IMG/VR virus record: IMGVR_UViG_3300030104_005320
Location: 1-64,000 of that record
Source: a virus
Strand: one strand, 5' to 3'
Length of the DNA: 64,000 bases
Numbering within the stretch: the first letter of the stretch is position 1; every line of letters starts with the position of its first letter. The notes below the pieces were generated by a model. It saw only the letters and a list, made by a program, of their open reading frames with translations. It did not search any database and was not told the origin of the DNA. The position numbers were made by a program, and so were the translations under genes. This document shows, piece after piece, positions 1 to 9,840 of this stretch.

Positions 1-757
1 CACGTCTTTCTCCGTCTGCTATTCTCTTTTGAAGATCTTTTGGAAGTGTTTTATATACGTTTTTATTTTTAGTAGAAGTTTTTAGTAAGGATTGATAAGT
101 ATACTTTGACAGATTTAAAAAGAACTCAGGCTTGCCAACGCTGTACATTCCATAATCCTTAACGTCTACAGCTACAGGATTTAGAAAATCATACATCCAA
201 GGCACTTCTCGTTTTTTTGCCTTTATAGTTTCGATCAACACGTCGGCACCCGCTGATCTTTTTAGCTCTGCCTCTTTCTTAGGATCTAGCTTTGCGGTTC
301 TTCTTTTTACTACAACGTTTCCACATCTATAGAGATAATTTAAGAATCTCTCTGATCTATCTGTGCCATTAACTTGGTTAAACCATTTCCTGTAGAACTT
401 CTCTATGGTTTTATTTGGATGTACTAGAGTTAATCCTTGGCTGGCAAAATCACTCATTAAATCTACAATATTTCTAATTATGCCAACCCTGTCGTAAGCA
501 TTCATACAGGCTGCCATTATTTTTTTCTGCTTTGTAGGAAGAGCCTCACCCGGACGAAAAGAATCATAGTCAGATCTACTAAAGCTAGGACGAACCGATC
601 TGTTAGATTCAACGTCTATATATGTCTGACGATTACTACTATAAGGAAAATGTGCTACCGACTTATGAGCCACTCCGTCGTAGCCATCAAGATCAAGCTT
701 ATAAATACTTGCTTTTTCCGACTCGCTAGCCCATGTGCTGTATAAAGGATCAGACAT
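1..757 (-). CDS. Probable portal protein, N-terminal part (runs off window start)
   Basis: Open frame from ATG at 757 (MSDPLYSTW...AYDRVGIIRNIVDLMSDFASQG...LYRCGNVVV) to the window edge; directly follows terminase; preceded by the TGTGTATAGAAT motif. Confidence 0.65.
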   Translation of the reverse strand, partial: MSDPLYSTWASESEKASIYKLDLDGYDGVAHKSVAHFPYSSNRQTYIDVESNRSVRPSFSRSDYDSFRPGEALPTKQKKIMAACMNAYDRVGIIRNIVDLMSDFASQGLTLVHPNKTIEKFYRKWFNQVNGTDRSERFLNYLYRCGNVVVKRRTAKLDPKKEAELKRSAGADVLIETIKAKKREVPWMYDFLNPVAVDVKDYGMYSVGKPEFFLNLSKYTYQSLLKTSTKNKNVYKTLPKDLQKRIADGERR

Positions 758-818
758 TTATATTGATCTCCAAGTAATAGTATTGCAATAGTATTATTAA
801 TATGATTCTATACACACT

Positions 819-2801
819 TTAGTATAAATTCTGAGTTTTTTCAGTAAACCAGCTAGGGCCATTAAAAAGCTTCTCATTAGAGAATTGAGAGCCGCCCCCT
901 TTGGCAGCAAACCCGCCAAACGCACCATGCTCAATAGTCTCTTTTTCTACTAAAACAGATCTAGCAGACATGTTGGCCATGATTAATGAAGAATAACGGT
1001 CTTTTCTTAATCGGCTCTTCCTGCCTGCACTGGTCTTTACCTCTGGTGTGTCCCATCTTTCTCTTCCTGTAGATGTCTGCGTCATAACAATCATTGAAAG
1101 TTCATCTTTTAATTCTTCTATCTCCATAACGCAGTCTTCTAGCGTGTCATAGTTTCTTCCTGAAGCTTTGTCTACTTCTAATGCTATACCTAAACTGGCA
1201 GAATCAAAATAAGGAAACAGCACAAGTCTGTCTTCAAAATCTTTTCTTAGCCCGTGGTTTGCTTCTGCTAACCAATCGGCTCTAGCAAACTGACACAATC
1301 TCAAAATATGTAGGCCGGTGTGGTCATCCGTATCTTTAGGCTTTTCCTCTATTACAGGCCATATAGCGACCTCACCTTCTGGTATTTTATCTTTGTCGTG
1401 CAAAGCCTCCATAACGGCGATACCGCCGCCTTGTGCATCTAGGGCTATTTCTACACAAGGGAAAACCTTCATTAGCTGTCTTATCTTTTTAGCACAGTAA
1501 GAGTAAAAATCGTCTTCATCGACAATTTTTGATTTTAGCTTATCCTTATGCTGCTGTCGATTGGTTGTCCAGCAGTGAACTATTCTTCTGTGGTCTGAGT
1601 TGACCTCCATAACTACAATGCTAAAGTTATCAACCTCAGAGGCGGGATCGACTCCAAATACATATTTTTTTCCGGATACGCCCTTCAAGGAAGCTTCAAA
1701 CCAAACATCTCCAGAAGGGAATATTGCCGGATTGGTAGGGGAGGTAGTGCAGGACTCTAACAGGCTGCGTTTGAAAAAACCTTGGCTGTCGGTGGTAAAA
1801 ACTGCACCGTATTCCATGTTATAAATTCCAGAGTGAACCGTCGCTTTTGCTCTGGCTATTTGGCCGCTATCCATGAATCCGTCAGGCAGCTTGTCTACAG
1901 ACATTCTCATAATTGAATACTCGGTCCAGTCAAATCCGGGGGGAATAGACCCGCCAAAAACTTCTTCAAGCTTCTTGGTGTCTCCTCCGCTGGAAACTAT
2001 AGATCGATATCTTTTCCAGTATTCTGCAAAATGATTAAAATCATAATATGCAGTTCCCGATAATATTATCTGGTTAGACTTATCAGAACCCATCTCTTTA
2101 TTAGGCTTGTCAACAGAAACTCCTAGCTCTTTAGCCTTTTTTTCCTTTGCCTTTTCTTTAACTTTTTCAATAGGAGAGGCGGCGACGGCAGCGAAACCAG
2201 CAACGACATTTTCAAAAATATCTCTAGGTATAGAGGCAAATTCATCAGCTATAATATCGTTTGCCCTCTGGCCTCTAATTTTACTACCGTCACCGAGTGG
2301 AAGACAGGTTATAGTGCTCTGACCAATATGCATAACACATCTATCCACATCTCTCCTTGGGCCGCTATTAGTAGGACATAAGTCTCTAAGAATTGGAGCA
2401 TTTTTCCAAATGGTATCCATATACTCAAACAAGACTTTGGACTGCCTAAAAGCGGCACCAACAATAATTATTTTACGTCGCGGCATAAATAAAGCTCGGA
2501 GTAGAGGATACACAGAAAGGATAAAAGATTTACCCATACCACGACTTCCTATGAGCATTGGGAATTTTCTATTCCACATCTCATAGAGCAGAAGAGACTG
2601 AAAAGGAGAAAGCTCTATATTTAAAATATATTTACAAGCAAAAGAAAAGTATTCAGGACGCATCATGAGCCAAGCCACTCGTTCTAGTAGCTTTTCGTTG
2701 TCAGAATCGCTCATCACAAAATCCATAGGATTGAACAGCTTAGATTCGTCTACTTCTATGTTAAGCCAAGCGTCCTGTATTTTTTGGCTATCAGATATCA
2801 T
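819..2801 (-). CDS. terL: Terminase large subunit
   Basis: Walker A-like GSRGMGKS, Walker B IIADEFAS, motif III LSGT, RNase-H nuclease FGVDPASEVDNF and C-terminal KDRYSS. Confidence 0.9.
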   Translation of the reverse strand: MISDSQKIQDAWLNIEVDESKLFNPMDFVMSDSDNEKLLERVAWLMMRPEYFSFACKYILNIELSPFQSLLLYEMWNRKFPMLIGSRGMGKSFILSVYPLLRALFMPRRKIIIVGAAFRQSKVLFEYMDTIWKNAPILRDLCPTNSGPRRDVDRCVMHIGQSTITCLPLGDGSKIRGQRANDIIADEFASIPRDIFENVVAGFAAVAASPIEKVKEKAKEKKAKELGVSVDKPNKEMGSDKSNQIILSGTAYYDFNHFAEYWKRYRSIVSSGGDTKKLEEVFGGSIPPGFDWTEYSIMRMSVDKLPDGFMDSGQIARAKATVHSGIYNMEYGAVFTTDSQGFFKRSLLESCTTSPTNPAIFPSGDVWFEASLKGVSGKKYVFGVDPASEVDNFSIVVMEVNSDHRRIVHCWTTNRQQHKDKLKSKIVDEDDFYSYCAKKIRQLMKVFPCVEIALDAQGGGIAVMEALHDKDKIPEGEVAIWPVIEEKPKDTDDHTGLHILRLCQFARADWLAEANHGLRKDFEDRLVLFPYFDSASLGIALEVDKASGRNYDTLEDCVMEIEELKDELSMIVMTQTSTGRERWDTPEVKTSAGRKSRLRKDRYSSLIMANMSARSVLVEKETIEHGAFGGFAAKGGGSQFSNEKLFNGPSWFTEKTQNLY

Positions 2802-3436
2802 ACGCCCTCCACAGAGTCGGCAAAACCATACTTGACAGCCTCTTCAGAGGTTAAAAACCAATCTCCTCTAGTATCTAGTTTTCTTTTTATATCTGATCTT
2901 ATTTGCGAATCGGTCTTGCCTTTATAAAAGGGAGACTTTTTACATCTTGACGCAAATATTTCTATCATTCTTTTATCCCCATGAGCCTCCCAAGCAGCCC
3001 AAGATTTAGCCTGTTTTCTAGTCAGGTGATCTCCTATTCCAGTTGTGCCTCTGTGTATCATCCAACAACAACTAGGCATTGTTATCCTATGATCGGCGGC
3101 CTGTGGAACTATAGAGCCCATTGACGCTGCGACCCCGTGGGTGTAAATTGTAATGTGACATTTGCTTCGTTTGATGGAGTCATACATCATGTAACCCGCT
3201 TCTTCGTCTCCCCCTATACTCATCTGGTGGATAATTATATCTTCAGTAGATATCGCTTCAAGTATTCTTAGATTTTTGACTAGCGTATTGGCCATTCTCC
3301 AGTCTACTCCCGGATCTCCCTCTTCAGGAGAAGAATAGTTTCCATGTACAAACAGCTCTCGCCTGTCGATCATTAGATTTAAAACATGGGCTTCTTCTGC
3401 CATAGAAGAAAAAGTAGTTCTCTTAGAATTGCTCAT
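2798..3436 (-). CDS. clpP: ClpP-like serine protease (S14)
   Basis: SIGGD, GVAASMGS (catalytic Ser), MIH (His), DWFLTSEEAVKYGFAD. Confidence 0.85.
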   Translation of the reverse strand: MSNSKRTTFSSMAEEAHVLNLMIDRRELFVHGNYSSPEEGDPGVDWRMANTLVKNLRILEAISTEDIIIHQMSIGGDEEAGYMMYDSIKRSKCHITIYTHGVAASMGSIVPQAADHRITMPSCCWMIHRGTTGIGDHLTRKQAKSWAAWEAHGDKRMIEIFASRCKKSPFYKGKTDSQIRSDIKRKLDTRGDWFLTSEEAVKYGFADSVEGV

Positions 3437-3929
3437 TCTCTGTGCCCTCTTTGTGGAAAAGTTCGTTAAGCCTCTTGAATATACTGTTACAAACTAAAAA
3501 TGCATTTTCTTTGTTGCCACAGAATATTATCTTAGTGTCATACCATATCTGGAATTCCATTAAGCATTTTAACAAATATTTACCTGTAATTCTAACCTTA
3601 GATCTTGCCCTATGAGGGACTTTTGATCCTTCGGGAAATTTTAAGATATCTGCCATATCAAACTCGCATATTAAAAAAGAGAAAGGATAATCTTTCATTC
3701 TTTCCATTTCTTCCATGAAAGGTTTTTTCTTTCGTCCTAGATTCATAGATATTTCGGAAACAGAGGCTTTACGCTCAATACAAACGACTTCCTCAAATCC
3801 CTTCAAGGTGTAGTCGCCTGTATGGAGCGTGTCTACCTCCATTCCTTCGCACTTATCGTACTCGGAAAAGAACCATCCATCCTGTTCTCTTGTGTCTTTT
3901 ATGACCCTATACTTCTTTATCTTTTTCAT
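3423..3929 (-). CDS. ERCC4/XPF-Mus81-type structure-specific nuclease
   Basis: DTREQ ... GDY ... IERKAS signature. Confidence 0.8.
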   Translation of the reverse strand: MKKIKKYRVIKDTREQDGWFFSEYDKCEGMEVDTLHTGDYTLKGFEEVVCIERKASVSEISMNLGRKKKPFMEEMERMKDYPFSFLICEFDMADILKFPEGSKVPHRARSKVRITGKYLLKCLMEFQIWYDTKIIFCGNKENAFLVCNSIFKRLNELFHKEGTENEQF

Positions 3930-4296
3930 TCAAATTCCACCAAGGTTTTTTCTTTTCTTCCTTTTCTGGTGTTTCTTCTTCAGGCTCCGGAACAACAACA
4001 TCTTCTGGCACAACTGGCTCAGGTTCTGGTTCTGGTTCTGGTTCGGGATCTGGGATTACAACTTCTGGCTCTGGAACAACCTCTCCGGCCTTCTTGATGG
4101 TTATAGTTGTATAATCATCATTCAAAAATACCGAGTAGTCTTTAGCTTCGCTATATCTATGCTTCCATGCCCAGTTGCTCAAATTAGCATGAGCCTCTTG
4201 CCATTCATCTGGCCTAGACGATATAGATACTTCTACAGAATCTCCGGCCTCTATGCTTTCTACTATTTTCCACAATTCTTTTTCTAGCTTATTCAT
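3907..4296 (-). CDS. Acidic hypothetical protein with Pro-Glu repeat
   Basis: In-operon ORF with overlapping start/stop; PEPEPEPEPEP tract. Confidence 0.6.
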   Translation of the reverse strand: MNKLEKELWKIVESIEAGDSVEVSISSRPDEWQEAHANLSNWAWKHRYSEAKDYSVFLNDDYTTITIKKAGEVVPEPEVVIPDPEPEPEPEPEPVVPEDVVVPEPEEETPEKEEKKKPWWNLNEKDKEV

Positions 4297-4568
4297 TTTC
4301 TACCCTCTCTTATTTTGTTTAAAAAGTATGACATGTAGTGTGCTTCTTTGCCAGTCACGGACTTGTGACAGGCAACACACAAAGTTATTCCATTATCCGG
4401 GTCATATCTTAGGGAACTAGCAGAACTCCACTTCATGATGTGGTGAACATTTAGTCTCGCCCTCTTGCCCTTCTTTCCGCACATTTGGCAAGTGTATTTG
4501 TCCCTCTTTAATACCTTCTTCCTAAACTCCTTGTAAACAGGATCGCTGTAATCTCGCCGCTTCGACAT
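4293..4568 (-). CDS. HNH endonuclease
   Basis: RDKYTCQMCG ... VHHI ... DNGITLCVACH. Confidence 0.9.
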   Translation of the reverse strand: MSKRRDYSDPVYKEFRKKVLKRDKYTCQMCGKKGKRARLNVHHIMKWSSASSLRYDPDNGITLCVACHKSVTGKEAHYMSYFLNKIREGRK

Positions 4569-5643
4569 CGCTCTTAACCATCCTTTCGGTAAGTTCTTTA
4601 AAGCTGATTTTTGGTTTCCAGCCCAGCTTTTGTTTTGCCTTGTCGGGTTTGCCGAGTAAGTAATCTACCTCCGCAGGACGGTAAAACTCAGGATCAATTA
4701 CAATATATTGCTCCCAGTCGTCTATGCCGATTACACTAAAAGCCACCTCTAAAAATTCTCTAACGCTATGTGTCTCGCCAGTAGCCACCACATAATCGTC
4801 TGGAACTTCCTGTTGTAACATTAGCCACATCGCCTCTACGTAATCCTTAGCATGTCCCCAGTCTCTTCTAGCGTCTATGTTTCCAAGTCTAAGCTTAGGA
4901 AACTGAAATCCTTGATCTTTGTTTGTTCTTCCCGGTATATATACCTCATCCTGATCTACCGTAACCAATTGATCTGCGTTAATGTCCTTAGAGTCCATCC
5001 ATGCGGCAAATTCGCCAATCCACTTAGTAATTTTTCTGGTAACAAAAAGCTCTCCCCGCCTTTCGCTTTCATGGTTGAATAATATACCAGAACTAGCATG
5101 TATACCGTAACTATCTCTGTAAATTCTAATCATGTCGTGGGCACCACGTTTAGCCACTGCATAAGGACTCTGCGGAACAAACGCGGTGTTTTCGTCTTGA
5201 TATTTTTCTATACTTTTGCCAAATATAGGCTCAATCTTTTCCGTATAGTTTTTGCCAAACATCTCGCTAGAGTTTGCCTGATAAAGTTTAATTTCGTTTT
5301 TTCGAGAAGAATACCTGATTGCTTCAAGTATGTTTACAAGACCACTGTAAGTCACGTCGGAGGTTAGATGCACTTGGTCAAAACTAGTCTTAACATGGGA
5401 CTGTGCGGCAAGGTTGTAAACTTCGTCTGGCTTATGCTCTTCGATTATTTTACTAACATTAAATCCATCCGTTACATCGCCCTCGACTATTTTTATTTTT
5501 GGCAAGATGTGAGAAATTCTAGTCAGAGTGTTAACACTAACACGTCTAGTAACGCCAACAACCTTATATCCTCTACTTAAAAGTAGTTCTGCCAGATAGC
5601 TACCATCTTGTCCAGTTATACCGAAAATAATTGCTTTTTTCAT
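4522..5643 (-). CDS. gmd: GDP-mannose 4,6-dehydratase
   Basis: GITGQDGSYLAE, YNLAAQSHV, PQSPYAVAK, LFNHESERRG, RDWGHAKDYV, YRPAEVD. Confidence 0.97.
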   Translation of the reverse strand: MKKAIIFGITGQDGSYLAELLLSRGYKVVGVTRRVSVNTLTRISHILPKIKIVEGDVTDGFNVSKIIEEHKPDEVYNLAAQSHVKTSFDQVHLTSDVTYSGLVNILEAIRYSSRKNEIKLYQANSSEMFGKNYTEKIEPIFGKSIEKYQDENTAFVPQSPYAVAKRGAHDMIRIYRDSYGIHASSGILFNHESERRGELFVTRKITKWIGEFAAWMDSKDINADQLVTVDQDEVYIPGRTNKDQGFQFPKLRLGNIDARRDWGHAKDYVEAMWLMLQQEVPDDYVVATGETHSVREFLEVAFSVIGIDDWEQYIVIDPEFYRPAEVDYLLGKPDKAKQKLGWKPKISFKELTERMVKSDVEAARLQRSCLQGV

Positions 5644-6395
5644 CTTTGTATTGGCTCCTTAACTATTCCTTCGTTGTTTAATTTACATAGTTCAAATGAT
5701 TTTCTGGCTTTACGACGCTTTTCCCATAGTGTATCTTTTATAATATGAGCTATAAACATATTTTCACGAACAACCTCTCTTCTGGTTACATAGTTGCACG
5801 ATTCGATTCCCGCCCATGTGCCAGCTCTAACCTGATCCTCTGGCCAGTCATCACATATAAAAATGAATTCATCTGCCAAAACCGGATAGTAATAATAAAG
5901 AGCCATGAAATGACTGCCGAGACTATGGTCGCCATCATAAAAGTACACATTGATAGGCTCTTTGATAAGGTCTAGTGGGATACCAAAAGAGTCTCCATCA
6001 TAAAACTCAAACTCCATTGGCTCCTCTTCTTCCGAAGACATTAGACCAAGCATAACGTCAGAGTTTAAATTCATATGTGTCTTCATGCCTCCGTTGCCAT
6101 CTTTAAAAGATGCACCCTGACGCAAAGCAAACTGAGAAAAGTTATCACACGCAAAAGCATAATTAGGTTTGTTTTTGTAAAGTGCCGAATACAAACACGC
6201 CCCCTTCCAAGTACCCACCTGCATGTAATTACATCCATCAAAATCGACCAGCAAGTTTAATAAGTTTCTGGCTCCCTCTTGAACCATACCCTGCATAGTC
6301 TTTGCTTTTTCGTTTAATTTTGAATAGCCGTTATCGTGCTTTTCAACACAGTCGTCTATATGGTCATCCAAAAATTGTCCCATTTCTCCAGTCAT
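5640..6395 (-). CDS. Class I SAM-dependent methyltransferase (Methyltransf_24-like)
   Basis: YMQVGTWKGA motif I, FYDGDHS, ICDDW. Confidence 0.7.
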   Translation of the reverse strand: MTGEMGQFLDDHIDDCVEKHDNGYSKLNEKAKTMQGMVQEGARNLLNLLVDFDGCNYMQVGTWKGACLYSALYKNKPNYAFACDNFSQFALRQGASFKDGNGGMKTHMNLNSDVMLGLMSSEEEEPMEFEFYDGDSFGIPLDLIKEPINVYFYDGDHSLGSHFMALYYYYPVLADEFIFICDDWPEDQVRAGTWAGIESCNYVTRREVVRENMFIAHIIKDTLWEKRRKARKSFELCKLNNEGIVKEPIQR

Positions 6396-6396
6396 G

Positions 6397-6861
6397 TCAT
6401 CCTTTATATTTTGTTCTAAATATATAATCTGTAAATAAATAAACTACACCAAAATTCTTTGCCGGTCGGCGGTGGTGTAATTCGTGATGTTCTTTAGCCT
6501 TCTTGTAATATCCGGGGAAGCACTTCATTATCCAGTTTTTTTCTAAATCGTGTATCCCTCTATGTATTTTAGTCCAAGTATACGAATGAAACACAAAAAC
6601 CGCCAATAAAGATAATAAACATGGCCACCCTATAAAGAAAGCCCCAATAATTAAGGGACTGCCTATAATCAAATGATTCCAGACTGGCAAATCTATATTC
6701 ATGTCGTTTCTCTCGTTTTTGTGATGCTCAACCGCATGATCTCTCCAGATCCAACTAGGAAGCCACATTTTTCTTTTGTGCATTGTATGTTTATGTATTA
6801 GATATTCTGCCAAAGCCATTACTATCGTCCAAATCGCAAACCACACTATAAAGCTAATCAT
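6397..6861 (-). CDS. Fatty acid hydroxylase / sterol desaturase / CrtZ-like membrane di-iron enzyme
   Basis: Four His boxes (HKHTMH, HAVEHH, HRGIH, HHELHH) plus NFGV and hydrophobic segments. Confidence 0.8.
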   Translation of the reverse strand: MISFIVWFAIWTIVMALAEYLIHKHTMHKRKMWLPSWIWRDHAVEHHKNERNDMNIDLPVWNHLIIGSPLIIGAFFIGWPCLLSLLAVFVFHSYTWTKIHRGIHDLEKNWIMKCFPGYYKKAKEHHELHHRRPAKNFGVVYLFTDYIFRTKYKG

Positions 6862-7657
6862 CGTCTTCCCCTTTTAAGGTTTCGGGAGTTAAAAATGGTT
6901 GATCCACTTTGCCGTCCTCATATGTCGTGTATTCCGACAGTCGTTCTTTCTCGTTCTCCATTGCTAGTCGCATTTTTTCCATTTCAATACCAATGCCGGT
7001 ACGAAATGTTTCATCCGTGGCTATTTGTTTCACTAATGAAGCGAACGTTTGCTTACTGTCTTCAATGGCTTTAATACGTTGCTCCCTCGTCCCCTTTAGA
7101 TCCTTAAGCATCGTAGCCTTACGAGCTTGGAGATCCTTGTAGTCTTTTGATAGTGTTTCTAGACCGGCCCTCAGAACTGCTATCTGACGCTCCAGTTGCA
7201 TAATGTAGTCCATGTCTCTTTGATCTTTATCTACCGCCTTTTCTTGCGAAACTAAAGTAGCAAAAGTTTGTATCTGTGTCTGACTCTCATGTTGGCTTTT
7301 TAGAATCCTATTCATCAATATTTCTAGTTTTATCGTATCGATGATTTGCATTTCTTCTGTATGAAATACATCGTCTTTAAACTGACTCCACATCTTCTTG
7401 AAATGAAACTCAAACATTTCCAACTCTTCTGGCGTAAATTGTTTATCCAATTCGCGGTAGTATGGCTTCTCTTTGAGTTCATTAGCAACTAGTGCTTCTT
7501 TTTTCTGTTTGTTACTAAAGCCAATATTTTTTCCTATCCACTCCTTAATGCTTTCTGGATCTCGGTCTAGGTGATTAGCTATGTCTTCTGGAGAAAGAAC
7601 CTCGGCTTTCGCCTCGATAAAGTCCATGTCCTCTTTAGAGAATCTACCCTTTTTCAT
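6854..7657 (-). CDS. Hypothetical HTH/coiled-coil protein (terminase small subunit candidate)
   Basis: N-terminal helix-turn-helix-like segment (SPEDIANHLDRDPESIKEWI), long coiled coil, same operon as terL; function is inference. Confidence 0.4.
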   Translation of the reverse strand: MKKGRFSKEDMDFIEAKAEVLSPEDIANHLDRDPESIKEWIGKNIGFSNKQKKEALVANELKEKPYYRELDKQFTPEELEMFEFHFKKMWSQFKDDVFHTEEMQIIDTIKLEILMNRILKSQHESQTQIQTFATLVSQEKAVDKDQRDMDYIMQLERQIAVLRAGLETLSKDYKDLQARKATMLKDLKGTREQRIKAIEDSKQTFASLVKQIATDETFRTGIGIEMEKMRLAMENEKERLSEYTTYEDGKVDQPFLTPETLKGEDDD

Positions 7658-8414
7658 AACCAAGCACCTCAAATTCATCATGGTAAGCGTCAAACAAAAA
7701 CTCTTTTAAATCAGGCGTGTAAAACCGCTCACAAGTCTCACGACTTAAACCCCCGGCTGTAGAGTTATACTTTGCAAGTTCGCGATATTGTAATCCTATT
7801 TTTTGGCAAACCTTTTTCCAGTCTTCATTCATGTTTTCAAAGCGGCCCATAAAATTTAACATAATGTTGTTATCGTGATCGCACACATCACTAACCTGTG
7901 TGCCGCCCGCATTATAGTTAAATTCCCGCAAGAACCAGTCAAACGTAAATTCATAATTGCCCGGCTCAATATTTGGAACATTGTGTCCGAGGGGCAAATT
8001 ATATTGTAATTCACTAGGGTCTATGTCTAAAACCTGTTGTGCAGAAAGATGCCAACTACTATGGGGCAGATTCATAAAAACAGATTGTATCTGCTGAATA
8101 TATAAAGACACACATCGCGTAAAAGGATCACGCACAAACCCAAAACAAAAGAACTCGTCAGGATCAAAAATCTCTATTGCGGCCCATCGCCTCATTTTAG
8201 TGTGCATGTTGGAATATTGGATGCCCACCCCATAATCGAACGGGGTAAAGTTGAGAGAAGGCATTTTGCCAGTTAATTGCATCTCCTCGTATCCCTCATT
8301 AAGATCGGTTGCAAGAAAATACCAACCCGGCTGAGATCTAAGTTCTATCGACATACTAGTGCCACCGCATTTTTCAACATGACAAAAAAGATATTTTTTT
8401 TCCAAGTTAATCAT
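7644..8414 (-). CDS. Sulfotransferase family 2 protein
   Basis: 5'-PSB motif HVEKCGGTS; 3'-PB motif FVRDPFTRCVS; GRFENMNEDW. Confidence 0.8.
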   Translation of the reverse strand: MINLEKKYLFCHVEKCGGTSMSIELRSQPGWYFLATDLNEGYEEMQLTGKMPSLNFTPFDYGVGIQYSNMHTKMRRWAAIEIFDPDEFFCFGFVRDPFTRCVSLYIQQIQSVFMNLPHSSWHLSAQQVLDIDPSELQYNLPLGHNVPNIEPGNYEFTFDWFLREFNYNAGGTQVSDVCDHDNNIMLNFMGRFENMNEDWKKVCQKIGLQYRELAKYNSTAGGLSRETCERFYTPDLKEFLFDAYHDEFEVLGYEKG

Positions 8415-8926
8415 AAAACATCCTCTCCATTTATAATATTTTCTATCACTCCAATGATTATGGCCTTGCGGCCTTTAGGCAGAGGAGCGTTGTGTCTGAG
8501 TTTTAGATAGTCTCGACGTAGGTGGGGAGGGAGCTTTTCGTCTATAAGCTTTAGTACTTCATTTAGGTGGGCTTGACTGCCTATGTTGTCTGGGGTGCAA
8601 ATGTTATATAGGGCGTCAATGTCTATGGGTTCAAGAAGGGACTTTTTGCGGTCCTGAATCTTTTGGGCGGCGGAGCCATAGTCAAGTCTGTAATAATTAT
8701 CACGCTTGAAGGTTTTGAGGCGATTGTTTATGTGGGTATACATGAAGTTCTCTAAGGGGCGACTTTTGTCGTACTTAGCTAGTCCTGCAACGCCAATTAG
8801 AAAAGCCTCCTGTTCTATGTCTTCAATCTCGTATGTGGCAAAGACATATTTAGGGGCTAGTCGCTTTGATATCTTTAATATAACCTCTATGGCTTTTTCT
8901 TCATCAATACCGTCTGGAATCTTCAT
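8411..8926 (-). CDS. Small phage RNA polymerase sigma factor
   Basis: Region-2 pattern EDIEQEAFL...KYDKSRPLENFMY. Confidence 0.7.
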   Translation of the reverse strand: MKIPDGIDEEKAIEVILKISKRLAPKYVFATYEIEDIEQEAFLIGVAGLAKYDKSRPLENFMYTHINNRLKTFKRDNYYRLDYGSAAQKIQDRKKSLLEPIDIDALYNICTPDNIGSQAHLNEVLKLIDEKLPPHLRRDYLKLRHNAPLPKGRKAIIIGVIENIINGEDVL

Positions 8927-9158
8927 CCTCTTCCCTTGCTTGATCTCTTATGTCCAAATGGTCAGCATAGTTCTCTTCGAACTTACGCTCACGCTTTTCT
9001 TTGGTTTCCTCGTCTTCGGGCTCCCAGCTAAAGACTTCCGCCAGCGGTTTATCGGGATCGGGAATTTTCTGTTCAAGTAGTGAAGATATCTCTTTGTTCA
9101 GTTTAGCGGTGCTTTTTGAACTAAGGGACGATTTGACTTTTTTAGATTTTTTTGGCAT
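8904..9158 (-). CDS. Hypothetical protein (first gene of left operon)
   Basis: Strong GAGGAGG SD; TTGTGTATAGAAT motif upstream. Confidence 0.6.
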   Translation of the reverse strand: MPKKSKKVKSSLSSKSTAKLNKEISSLLEQKIPDPDKPLAEVFSWEPEDEETKEKRERKFEENYADHLDIRDQAREEDEDSRRY

Positions 9159-9356
9159 ATTGGTATCCTCCTCTGTATTATAGACGCAACATTGATTCTA
9201 TACACAATTATTAGTATAAAATAGGAACTTTCAGGGGCAGTCAAGTAGGTTTAGCTAAGACATATTTGATATTTTTGTTTGAATTGCTTCTACACCACCC
9301 CCGCTTTTCTAAGCACACAGCGGGTACAGCCAGACAAACAGAAAACCCCCCCATGA

Positions 9357-9437
9357 CCTAAATACATATCACAAAACAACTTAGGGCATGTACGACCGAC
9401 CGGCCCGACGTAAGTCGTTTGATAGTATAGACTTACA
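9357..9437. repeat. Paired 11-7-11 palindrome element, copy 1
   Basis: CCTAAATACAT-ATCACAA-AACAACTTAGG (9357-9385) and CGTAAGTCGTT-TGATAGT-ATAGACTTACA (9409-9437). Confidence 0.85.
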
Positions 9438-9472
9438 ACTATTTTATTTTCTTTTGAGAATCTTTTGTTTAT

Positions 9473-9504
9473 TGACCTTACGTGTCACACTAGTATACGA
9501 TAAT
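9473..9504 (+). promoter_or_regulatory. TGAC-N7-GTCA box promoter
   Basis: TGACCTTACGTGTCA, 11 bp, GATAAT. Confidence 0.65.
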
Positions 9505-9541
9505 ATATATAGTTAAGAAGTTAAGCAACAAAGGAGACGAC

Positions 9542-9613
9542 ATGACTAAACCATCGGCAGTAGAATTGGCAATAATTATTTCCCTGTTTATTTATATTGT
9601 TTGGAACGTTTGA
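9542..9613 (+). CDS. 23-aa hydrophobic micropeptide (MTKPSAVELAIIISLFIYIVWNV)
   Basis: AAAGGAG SD directly after a promoter; single TM segment. Confidence 0.55.
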   Translation: MTKPSAVELAIIISLFIYIVWNV

Positions 9614-9642
9614 CCTAACGTGTCAAAGGGTTATGCTATAAT
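9611..9642 (+). promoter_or_regulatory. TGAC-N7-GTCA box promoter
   Basis: TGACCTAACGTGTCA, 11 bp, TATAAT (extended TGn). Confidence 0.7.
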
Positions 9643-9648
9643 TAAGGC

Positions 9649-9840
9649 ATGAAAGAAACAAACAACAAAGGAGAAACCATGATTAAGATTATCATCAAAA
9701 CTTACGAAGGCCAAACCTACACCAAAACCGTTGACCGTATGGGAACGCCTGATACTGGAATCAACTGCTTGGTTGAAGATGTCGTATTTGGAACGTTCAT
9801 GCGATGCGAAGTTAAAGAATTGAATTGGAGATTTATCTAA
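9649..9840 (+). CDS. Small hypothetical protein (alternative start 9679)
   Basis: ORF; AAAGGAG SD before the second ATG. Confidence 0.6.
   Translation: MKETNNKGETMIKIIIKTYEGQTYTKTVDRMGTPDTGINCLVEDVVFGTFMRCEVKELNWRFI

Noticed and set aside
3822-4287. Plus-strand ORFs with a WFWFWF repeat
   Set aside because: Antisense shadow of the Pro-Glu repeat gene.
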